Source: Naegleria gruberi
Taxonomy: Eukaryota
DNA length: 64,000 nucleotides
Direction: 5' to 3' (one strand)
NCBI GenBank assembly: GCA_000004985.1
Contig: GG738860.1
Under the pieces are notes generated by a model. It did no database searches and was not told the origin of the DNA. It was given only the letters and a program-made list of their open reading frames with translations. Positions 55,663 to 64,000 of this stretch are shown here, in pieces; position 1 is the first letter of the stretch, and each line of letters opens with the position of its first letter. Position numbers and translations under genes: made by a program.

Positions 55663-58600
55663 ATGATGTCAGCAACAAGAAATCATCATGAACCACAAAA
55701 TAATGAACGACAGTCGTCGGAAAGAGTCTACCGTAAAAAGATTTTAGATGCTGTCTTGGAGTATTATTCAGAGGCTTTTTCTATAGAAAAAAGTAACGAG
55801 CAAATTAAAACGGAAATGGACCTTTGTTTACCGAAAAATGTCTGTAAGCGTATTTCATTTAAATTATTGAAAACAGGAGTCCAAAAAAAAGAAACAAATA
55901 TAAATTCCATTAGTGAGAAAGTTTTGAAAATTCCAAAAAAAGAAAAGAAAATTGAAAATCATGAAGAAGTGCTTCTTTCCCAAGCAGACTTGGATGATTT
56001 TAATAAGGAACCAACACAACATGACACTGAGGAGAAAAAAAAACAAATAATGGAGTATACTGAGCAGTATATTCAGAAAAAGTCACAGAGTGTGCTTTCA
56101 CAGATGGATAGTATTACTTTTCCCAAAAAGATTAGAGCAAGACTTGATCAAATTTCTAATGTTATTGCTAAAACCTGTATTCATCTAGAAGAAGAAAATG
56201 TAAAAGTGGAAGAAAAAGGATCAAATGATATTTCCCAAAACACCCCTATCAAAACAAAACAAGTTGATAATTGTCACACTACGGAAAGAAATGTTTCAAC
56301 TCAAAAAATTAATCTATTAAGAAACTTTAAATATTTATCTGTTGATACTCTTCAATATCTCTCAAGTGGTATCGACACTGTAGAAATGACTCACCAAATT
56401 CCAATAACAATGGCTATATTAGAATATGCTATGCAAAACACTGAAAAATTCAAATTTCAAACGTACGTATTCTATTTTTTAAATATTTAGTATTGATTGA
56501 TATTAAAAGTCTAGAGTGTCTTCAGTTAGGTTCTCTATTGATGGACGCATTCACTAAATACGATATCAAAGAGAAAAAAAGAGTATTTGGAGATACTAGT
56601 ATTCGAATAATGACTGAAAAAAAGATTCATCCCTATTTACTATTCATGGAAAGTCAACGAACAGACTGTGACACTGTTTTTAGTCACAAGGATTTTTTGA
56701 AAATTTGTTTAACATGTAGATCTTCGCTCAAATACACCACCTACCAATTATTTAACTCTCAAAACAAAACTATTTATGATAGTACAAAACTATCATGTTT
56801 TGCCTTATTAACATGTCCATCCACAGTGTTTGTTTTGAGAATGGATTGTGAAAATTATAAACCTGAAAATGTAACAAGTATGGTGATGGATAAAGCGTAT
56901 AGGCTTGGATTCTCTTTGAGGTTAATAGCAACTATTGACATGAAAAAAGATCCAGAATCACTACTTTCAGTATTATATACTATTTTTAGTTATGGACATG
57001 ATTTGACATTAACATTTAATGGAGAACCATGTGATAGAATTACTAACACTCCAATAGAAACTAAATTGAGAGCTCAAGAAGCTAATAATTTTACCTTTGA
57101 ACGCTACTATAATATTATTACTGAAGTATTTGAAAGTGATTTTAATGAGATTAGTTTAATTATTAAAGTACTTATTCAGAATCAATATGATAAAACGTAC
57201 CAATATGATTCGACTTTTAACGGGCCTAAATATGAGAAAACTGATTGGAAACAAAATTTCAATACCTTTCTTGAACAACATTCAGAATCAACAATTTATA
57301 TTTTATCAAACACCAATTCAACACCAACTCTTGAATTGCAAAGAAAAGGGAATGAAAAAATAATAGTTTTTTTTAAAACCAAACGAGTCTATGATTATTA
57401 TGATGATGATGAAGAAACTGAAATGAATGATAATGTAGAAAATAATGATGAATTGAATGAATATGATGAACTTGGCGATATATTGCATGCCACATGCTAT
57501 ACAAAACCTTTAAAAAAGAGAAAAAACCTAAAATCCCAATCGTTACAAGATTCAAAAAAATCTAAATCTAACACTGATACTGATATGTTTTTACAAAGAC
57601 CAGCTGGTAGCAATGTTTCTAACACAGGAGAGTTTTGCTTTGATAAAAATAATTCCACAAATGAAACAAAAGATTTGAAATTAGACAAATTATTAATGTT
57701 TGATATGACCAGTGAATATGAACAATTATTATATGAATTATTTAATATTAATATAATTAATAAGTATTATAGAATAAGAAGAGATTTAAATCCAAAAGAA
57801 GGAGTATTTTTATATTTGGATGGAATTTACAATAATAAGGAAGTATTTATTAAAATTACATGTTATAAAACAATTAATGAAAATATTGAATTAATGAACA
57901 AACTTAAAAATATAAAATCTAAATATTTAAATGAAATAATAGATTTTAAATTAATTAAATTATCCAATGAGCAATTATGTAAATTATTTAAATTAACAAA
58001 TATGGAAATTAAATATTTAGGATTAAAAAATGAAATTTTTATTTCAATTTTATCACCAACAATTGTGTGGTATGATTACTTTGTTTCAAATTATTGTAAA
58101 ATTTATCCATTAAAAGATTATAAATTAATTTTATTATTAATTATTAAATTATTTATTGATAATTTAAATGGATTAAAATTATTACATGAATTAAATATTT
58201 CACATATTGATTTTAACATTTTAAATTCTAATATAATATTAAATAATGGTTCTGATTTAATTAGTAAATATTTAAAAGAAAATAATTTACCAACATTTAA
58301 TATGGTATTAATTGATTTTAATAGTTCAAAATTAGAAAGTCAATTATTATTTACAAATGAATACATTCCAAAAACAACACATTATCCTCCTGATTATAAA
58401 TTATATTATGATAATATAAAACCAAATATATCATTTACAAAAGCACATGATATTTATTCATTATCTATTGTAATGATTCAATATATTACCATTTTGATTA
58501 ATTGTTATGGGAACAATTGCTTTCAAATGAAATCAAATACTATTAGATATATAAATCAATCACATAGAAACAAAGACGAACCATTCAATATTGATTTTAA

Positions 58601-58832
58601 TATTTTAAATTTTAATATTTTAAATAGTTTTGAAAAGGAAATTTTTAATGAATTATTTGAAATGATAAGAGAAATGAATTTAAACCCTTGGAAAATTATT
58701 AATGAAAAAGATTATTGTTTACAACAATTAGAAAAATTACAAAATAATGTATTGCATTGGAATATTTCTGATACTTCTTCATCACCTACAATTAATAGTG
58801 AAATGAAAAATTCACATCAAATGAAACAATGA
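55663..58832 (+). CDS. Large N/K-rich protein with a C-terminal degenerate protein-kinase-like domain (probable pseudokinase)
   Basis: Exon 1 is 55663..56462. A 47-nt intron at 56463..56509 (GTACGT...AAAAG) joins in frame to ORF 56493..58832 (...KFKFQT|LECLQLGS...). The C-terminal region has kinase-like HID (for HRD) in LHELNISHIDFNILNSNIIL, DFN (for DFG) in MVLIDFNSS, and an HDIYSLSIV subdomain-IX-like motif. Highly AT-rich low complexity. Confidence 0.45.
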
Positions 58833-58919
58833 TATTGTCAAATGATTCTTTTTCCTCAAATTTAATAGTCTCCCAATATAATCACTTTTGGCAAATTGTA
58901 TTCCTAAATATCATTGTCA

Positions 58920-58969
58920 NNNNNNNNNNNNNNNNNNNNNNNNNNNNNNNNNNNNNNNNNNNNNNNNNN
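58920..58969. other. Assembly gap (50 N)
   Basis: Run of N. ORF 58829..59107 spans it and is not trustworthy. Confidence 1.
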
Positions 58970-59004
58970 ATTTTTTTTGAAGAAACTCATATTCATGAAG
59001 AGTA

Positions 59005-59574
59005 TCAATCCTCCCTAAGCAACTCAATTATTCTTTTCGTTTCCTCCAATTTCATATCAAAACTCCTCAATGAATCTTCATGCAATTCCTTCTCTCCAAA
59101 CAAGTGAGTCAATTTATGCTGATACGAAACTCTAATATCTGTATTTGTACTCTTTTGTAAACATTCAACAGTCCACTCAATTGAATCAGTCAATTCTCTT
59201 ATAATACTCGATTGTTTTTCAACTTGTGCATAATATTTCATTTCACGACAGAAGAGATTGTCTAAATAATTAATTTTTTCATCAATTAAATTCCCAATTA
59301 GTGGACGAATCGAATCTTGATAGAAATTTTCTCCAAAGTCTAATTGTTCAATTTTTACATGACAATGGGATGGATCGATATGTTTCCTATATAATTGAAG
59401 AATTTGTTTCCAATAGAATGGATCTGTTGTGATACGATTGTAAGTTGATTTGTTGATCAATAAAATGTTTCGAATATGTTTTAATGAGAGAAAGGAAAAT
59501 ATTTCGGTTTGTAATTCTGTTGGTAAATCCAATAGAGACATTTTTCTGTTATTATAATTCGAGTGACATCGCAA
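59005..59574 (-). CDS. F-box protein
   Basis: F-box motif LLDLPTELQTEIFSFLSLKHIRNILLINKSTYNRI just after the internal Met (MSLLDLP..., the likely true start). About 178 aa. Confidence 0.6.
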   Translation of the reverse strand: MRCHSNYNNRKMSLLDLPTELQTEIFSFLSLKHIRNILLINKSTYNRITTDPFYWKQILQLYRKHIDPSHCHVKIEQLDFGENFYQDSIRPLIGNLIDEKINYLDNLFCREMKYYAQVEKQSSIIRELTDSIEWTVECLQKSTNTDIRVSYQHKLTHLFGEKELHEDSLRSFDMKLEETKRIIELLRED

Positions 59575-59651
59575 TCACCACCTTTTGATTATTCGATTTA
59601 GTATCGATCAATTTCTAATAATTCCCACACAACTCGATAAAGAAATTCCAC

Positions 59652-59906
59652 ATGAAATTATCACAAATTGGATGTTCTACATGGACAAACAAACTCTTTT
59701 CAATTTCATTAGAAGTTTACAATATTTTTGATGAAATTTATGCAGAGGAAAGATTGAGATTGGAAATTTTAACCCTACGAAGGAATGGTCAGATCTCGAT
59801 GAATCAAATGGAGGACCTCTATCCATTGATATTGAGAAATGTGGATTACAATTTTGTTGATTTGTGTAAATCAATTGGATTGTTTCCTTTTAGATGGAGA
59901 TACTAA
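59652..59906 (+). CDS. Small hypothetical protein (84 aa)
   Basis: ORF only. It may be an exon of a larger plus-strand gene with 60101..60556. No domain recognised. Confidence 0.25.
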   Translation: MKLSQIGCSTWTNKLFSISLEVYNIFDEIYAEERLRLEILTLRRNGQISMNQMEDLYPLILRNVDYNFVDLCKSIGLFPFRWRY

Positions 59907-60100
59907 AAGCAAGGCCCTATTCACTTCTGAATTCAGAAATTAGAAAATTCTGAAAGAAAGGGTGGTTCTGAAATGTTAGAAAAGTTAATTTCATTAGATG
60001 GTTACACATTCTTAGATAGACCTTCTGAACTTTCAAAAACCTGCCATAATCTTGTCAAAAACAAGTATTCATACTCTCTCCTAGTTCAAAATTTAATATT

Positions 60101-60556
60101 GTGAATTGTGCCAAATGTTCCACCTATATTTATTCAACACAAATTGCATCTCAATTGAGTTTGAAGATGAGACAATATGACTCGTCCATTGAAATTCCAA
60201 AATTTGACACAATTAATGAAAATAATTTCAATCCAAAAAATTCATTTCTGTTGGCTTTTATCCAATCAACAAGGTTTGGGGTTTCTGGAGCTATTATAAC
60301 TTTATTAGTTGAACAAGATGAGAATTCAGGAATTTCAAAGAGGACAATCTTTATATTTTTGGAAGGGGCTTATGGACTGGAAGAATTGCAAATTGCATTC
60401 TATTCCTTACTGAATTTTAGGAAATATATTGAGTACATTTCAGTGTACGATGAAATTCATGTAAAATTGGCAAACACAAGAATTGTTTCGTCTAACTATG
60501 AAGTTCTCTATCCTCCACAATTTACCCTCCAAAATTTGGATGTTCAATTGAGCTAG
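60101..60556 (+). CDS. Hypothetical protein (151 aa), possibly a longin/roadblock-like small alpha-beta fold
   Basis: ORF with a TAG stop. An upstream in-frame-independent ORF (about 59968..60095, MLEKLISLDGYTFLDRPSEL...) may be an additional exon. Fold assignment is weak. Confidence 0.3.
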   Translation: MNCAKCSTYIYSTQIASQLSLKMRQYDSSIEIPKFDTINENNFNPKNSFLLAFIQSTRFGVSGAIITLLVEQDENSGISKRTIFIFLEGAYGLEELQIAFYSLLNFRKYIEYISVYDEIHVKLANTRIVSSNYEVLYPPQFTLQNLDVQLS

Positions 60557-60674
60557 ATACAAAAGTGTTATGTGTAGTTTTAGCAATATTCTTATTAATC
60601 ATATTAGTTTTATCTAAGGTGCAATATTTCCCATTGATTTGAGTCAACAATCAAACGTCATCACATAAAAAAAA

Positions 60675-60992
60675 ATGCGTTCATCTATTTCATATGTTGT
60701 TTTATTAGCCATGATGGTCTTGTTGATCGTTATTGCTACAACTGCTTCCTTCACCAATGCCTCTCATGAAGCTGTTGTTTTAGAACAAATTAATCAATTG
60801 GAAGATGTTGACATTTCTGAATCGATGGCTGCAACTCTCGGAGCTAAAAATCCAGCTTCGGTTAAAATTACAAAACCTAAAACTGCTCAGAAATGTTCAT
60901 CAATCTGTAGAGAAGCCTGCAGAGAAACCTATAGAGGAGGAAAGAAGAGTAAATGTTTGGATCATTGTCCTTCAGTTTGTAGTGGAATTTAA
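60675..60992 (+). CDS. Small secreted cysteine-rich peptide (signal peptide plus 8 Cys)
   Basis: The N-terminus MRSSISYVVLLAMMVLLIVIATTASFTNA is a predicted signal peptide. The C-terminal 35 residues are CSSICREACRETYRGGKKSKCLDHCPSVCSGI. TAA stop. Confidence 0.45.
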   Translation: MRSSISYVVLLAMMVLLIVIATTASFTNASHEAVVLEQINQLEDVDISESMAATLGAKNPASVKITKPKTAQKCSSICREACRETYRGGKKSKCLDHCPSVCSGI

Positions 60993-61063
60993 ATAAATTG
61001 AATTTCTCTTACAATTTTTATTAGAATGAAGAAAATTGAGAATTAGATTAAGAATTAGTTGAA

Positions 61064-62683
61064 TTAAACATGTTCATGTACTTTGGAACTATCGGAAACA
61101 ATGGAAACGTGATGACTAGTCAAATATTCCTTGTTTCTCATTTCCATTAATCTTGAAATTGTTCTTGTAAAGGCAAAAACTTCATCAAAATTCTCAGTTT
61201 GACTCTTATTGAAATTATAGGCAGGTTCAACGTTTAAATTAACTTCTCCTTGATTATCGAATTGACAAAGCTCCTCAACTGGTCTAGCTGCTGAACAAAT
61301 TACCTTAACACGATGTTGATAAAGTTCATCAATAAGAGTAATAAATCTTCTCATGTGATCTCTATTGTCCTTATTAAATGTTGGAATACCTGAAATGATA
61401 AGAGTGTGGAATTCTCTACAAATACCAATATAATCCACAGCACTCTTTGGTTGTTTACACAAAAAGTCAAATGTACAGAAAGCAACACCTCTAGCAGCTC
61501 TTGGAACCATCAACAGACGATTCATAACCATAATTGGTTTTGGTTCAGCATCATATGGATGAGTTAATTTTTGGAATAAACTTTCTAATTGTTGTTCTGA
61601 TTCCTTATTAAGTGGTGTGAAATATACATTAGTTTGCTTAGTACCACTTGATAATCTATAATCACAAACTGCTTCCATATCAAATACATCGTATTTAATT
61701 TTAATGACATCAATAAATGGTAAAAATGCTTCTCTGTTAATACCATTTTCATACAAGTGATCTGGAATTCTGTTAGATGTCTTGACAACTACAACTCCTC
61801 TATTTAATAATCCTTCAAAAAGTCTCTTTAAAATCATGGCCTATTAGATAAGAAATTGTTATTTTCAATTAATTTCTTCAAACTTACATCACCAATGTCA
61901 GTAACTTGGAATTCATCAAAACATAATAAATTATAATTATCAGCAATTTCATCCATTAATTTTTCCATATTTGCACCTCCATCCTTATTAATTCTATTCA
62001 TTTGATGCATTTTAGTGTGAAAATCAATCATGAAACTGTTAAAGTGAATTCTCAACTTTTTTTGCAATGGAACACACTTGAAAAACATGTCCTATTATTG
62101 AATTTTAAAATCCCAATTGAATATTTCTAAAACATACCATCAAGAATGTTTTACCACAACCAACATCTCCATAAATATAGAGAGATTTTGGTAAACCAGT
62201 TGGATGAGGTTTAATTTGCCTGGAAATAGCTTTTGGATCAAAAGAACCAGTTTTTGCAGTACCAGTTGCTGAAGTTGTTCCCAAATGATTTTTAATAACT
62301 GCTCTTGCATCATTAATATTATAATTCTTCAATTTTTCATAGAGATTTGTTAACACTTTTAACAATTCAATTTGTCTGACATCCTCATTGACTGATCCTT
62401 GTTTTACCAAATCTTTATAAACTTCCATTGGTGATTTTCCTTCAGTATGAAGACTTTCAGCATGCTTTGAAATTGTTAAAACTCTAGATGATGTACTAAA
62501 ATGTCTATTATTGGTTGAAGGAAGAATTAAAGATGACTTCCGAATCATATTTTTCTTAACCATTTGATGATGACACACAGAGGATGATGATGCTGACATG
62601 AGAGAGGCCATCATTGCACCACTCTTCAGTGATAATGATGAGGTTGATAAAAGTTTTTTAGTATTGTTGAATAGTAAACTCAT
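61064..62683 (-). CDS. AFG1: AFG1-like ATPase (LACE1 family), mitochondrial
   Basis: Exon coordinates:
- 62138..62683
- 61888..62091
- 61064..61840

Introns are 46 nt (GTATGT...AATAG) and 47 nt (GTAAGT...CTAATAG).

Walker A is LYIYGDVGCGKTFLM. It continues ...DMFFKCVPLQKKLRIHFNSFMIDFH...LLCFDEFQVTDIGD|AMILKRLFEGLLNRGVVVVKTSNRIPDHLYENG, colinear with AFG1/LACE1. Confidence 0.85.
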
Positions 62684-62885
62684 TTTTTTTAACTTGGGAT
62701 TTTAAAAATAAATCAAATAATGCCGAATTATTGTTAGCGAGAGGATTCTTTGGAGGTTTTGTTGCCTTTTATGAGAATTGGAACGTATGAATAATAAGTG
62801 AATTCAAGTTAAGACAATATTAAGGGGAAAGTGATGCATCGTGTTTTTTTTTTCTTGTATTGTTATTAAAATAAATCAATGTGAA

Positions 62886-62966
62886 GCGGTCTTGACCGAG
62901 TGGTTAAGGTGATTGACTAGAAATCAATTGGGGCGACCCGCACAGGTTCGAATCCTGTAGACCGCG
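62886..62966 (+). tRNA. tRNA-Ser(AGA): tRNA-Ser (anticodon AGA)
   Basis: GCGGTCTTGACCGAGTGGTTAAGGTGATTGACTAGAAATCAATTGGGGCGACCCGCACAGGTTCGAATCCTGTAGACCGCG. It has a 7-bp acceptor stem, D-loop GAGTGGTTAAG, anticodon loop CTAGAAA (AGA), a long variable arm, and T-loop GGTTCGAATCC. It is near-identical in architecture to metazoan tRNA-Ser(AGA). Confidence 0.9.
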
Positions 62967-62968
62967 AA

Positions 62969-62975
62969 GTTTTTT
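62969..62975 (+). terminator. RNA polymerase III terminator (T-run) downstream of tRNA-Ser
   Basis: TTTTTTATT directly follows the discriminator base plus AA. Confidence 0.6.
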
Positions 62976-63344
62976 ATTGAAGAAGAATGTACTTTATTTT
63001 TACTTCAATCCACTCAAAGATCTTACATCATTCCATTCTAGTTCTTTAGGTGGCTAATGCATTTCTTCTATAAAGGTCAACACGTGTTTAACTGGAATTG
63101 CAATTAAAATTCCCTCTGAGAGATAATACTCGGTCTTACACACTTGAAAGACCATTCCAAGAATGACATCACACAAGAAATTAACAGGTATTTGACCCGA
63201 TTGACTGATTATGTTCTTTCATTACAGGCTCTATGTTACCATGAGGTGATTCATCATCAAACATTGGCATTGAAATTAAAATAATAATCAAATCATGAAA
63301 GAATACTTTAAAAAAAAAAATACAACAAAATCAAATTCTTTTTC

Positions 63345-64000
63345 ATGTCATCTCAATCGGTCGTGATGAAGAAGAAAACCTGGGGTGGGTTTGCTATTGT
63401 TGCTATTATGGCTATCATAATGGCAAGTATGCTTGCTCTTATTGAGGGTAGAAAGGAAGTTATAGGACACACTGGTAAAGGTCAAGTTAAATTTGATGGA
63501 CCTGTTGTCGGTATCGATCTTGGTACTACATACAGTGTTGTTGCCATCTATAAGAATGGTGCTGTTGAAGTTATTCCAAACGATCAAGGTAACAGAATTA
63601 CTCCTAGTGTTGTTTCATTTGTAAGTATTAATCTATCGATTGGATATTAACAACAGTGCAATGTGTGATGGAATGTTGTTGTTGTTGTTTGTTGCTACTA
63701 CTACTCTGTACTTGATTATAATCAATGATACAAAAAATCAACATTGATTTTTTAACACAAATCATGTTATTAATAATCATCGACAATGATTTAATGACAA
63801 TTTGATGGATGAACTAATTATTATTATTATAATATAGGATTTGTCAAATAATAATCAAAAACTTGTTGGTGACTCTGCCAAGAACAATGCCGTCTCTAAT
63901 CCAAAGAATACTTTCTACGATGTCAAGAGATTGATTGGTCGTAGATATAATGAAGTTTTGAATAAGGATGCCAAGCTCTTGTCATATGATTTGGTTAACA
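63345..64000 (+). CDS. HSPA5: ER chaperone BiP/GRP78 (Hsp70 family), 5' part; gene continues beyond the window
   Basis: Exon 1 is 63345..63620, with a signal peptide ([28 protein letters not shown]) followed by [42 protein letters not shown] 217-nt intron at 63621..63837 (GTAAGT...TATAG) leads to exon 2 from 63838 ([38 protein letters not shown]...). Expression-type codon bias. Confidence 0.9.

Noticed and set aside
56463-56490. Shorter 24- or 28-nt introns between the two pseudokinase ORFs
   Set aside because: Their lengths are not congruent with the +2 frame offset between the ORFs. Only the 47-nt GTACGT...AAAAG intron joins them in frame.
1-64000. Dictyostelid, yeast, ciliate or kinetoplastid origin; prokaryotic defence or mobile systems
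   Set aside because: - Flagellar genes (CFAP161, enkurin, Dpy-30 domain) exclude dictyostelids and yeasts.
- TAA is used as a stop, which excludes ciliates.
- Alternating strands with cis-introns exclude kinetoplastids.
- No CRISPR arrays, operons, integrases, transposases or reverse transcriptases are present.

Overview
This 64-kb window is nuclear DNA from an AT-rich (roughly 30% GC), extremely gene-dense eukaryote. It is a draft scaffold with three N-gaps (915-1404, 3096-3382, 58920-58969). I can support about 45 protein-coding genes on both strands, one tRNA-Ser(AGA), and no rRNA, CRISPR, operons or transposon ORFs.

Most genes are single long ORFs. The spliced genes carry very short spliceosomal introns, mostly 41-52 nt, with a few of 64-217 nt. 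Donors are GTAAGT, GTATGT, GTACGT, GTTAGT or GTTTGT, and acceptors are YAG.

The genetic code is standard. TAA is the dominant stop, TGA is also used, and there are no in-frame TAA/TAG codons inside the long ORFs.

Intergenic spacers run from 2 bp to about 500 bp.

Proteins carry long N/T/S/Q homopolymer runs, which looks Dictyostelium-like. However, the window encodes enkurin, CFAP161 and a Dpy-30-domain protein, so the organism builds a motile flagellum. Codon use in highly expressed genes favours TTG, AGA, GGT and CCA. My best guess for the organism is a heterolobosean amoeboflagellate (Naegleria-like); that is low-confidence inference.

Confidently recognisable genes:
- 2-Cys peroxiredoxin
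- eIF5B
- TMEM115
- RsfS/MALSU1
- CDC45
- a Ras-like GTPase
- a transmembrane RING-H2 E3 ligase
- a GNAT acetyltransferase
- proteasome subunit RPN3
- a DPF-type double-PHD protein
- V-ATPase subunit F
- RAD18
- CFAP161
- a choline/ethanolamine phosphotransferase
- a Rab-like GTPase
- an RCE1/CPBP-type protease
- Notchless
- an aspartyl/asparaginyl beta-hydroxylase family protein
- an AFG1-like ATPase
- BiP (5' part only)

The remaining ORFs are hypothetical proteins.

I found no evidence of a novel multi-gene system. The most interesting local signals are:
- a Ras gene split into 8 exons, including a 5-nt microexon
- an in-frame TGA replacing a conserved Trp in one copy of a paralogous beta-propeller gene
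- a terminal intron whose donor overlaps a stop codon in Notchless
- converging genes whose stop codons lie 2 bp apart
- a 28-bp perfect palindrome
- a GC-rich hairpin-rich island that may be an ncRNA

All coordinates were read by eye from the sequence. Splice junctions could be off by a nucleotide or so.
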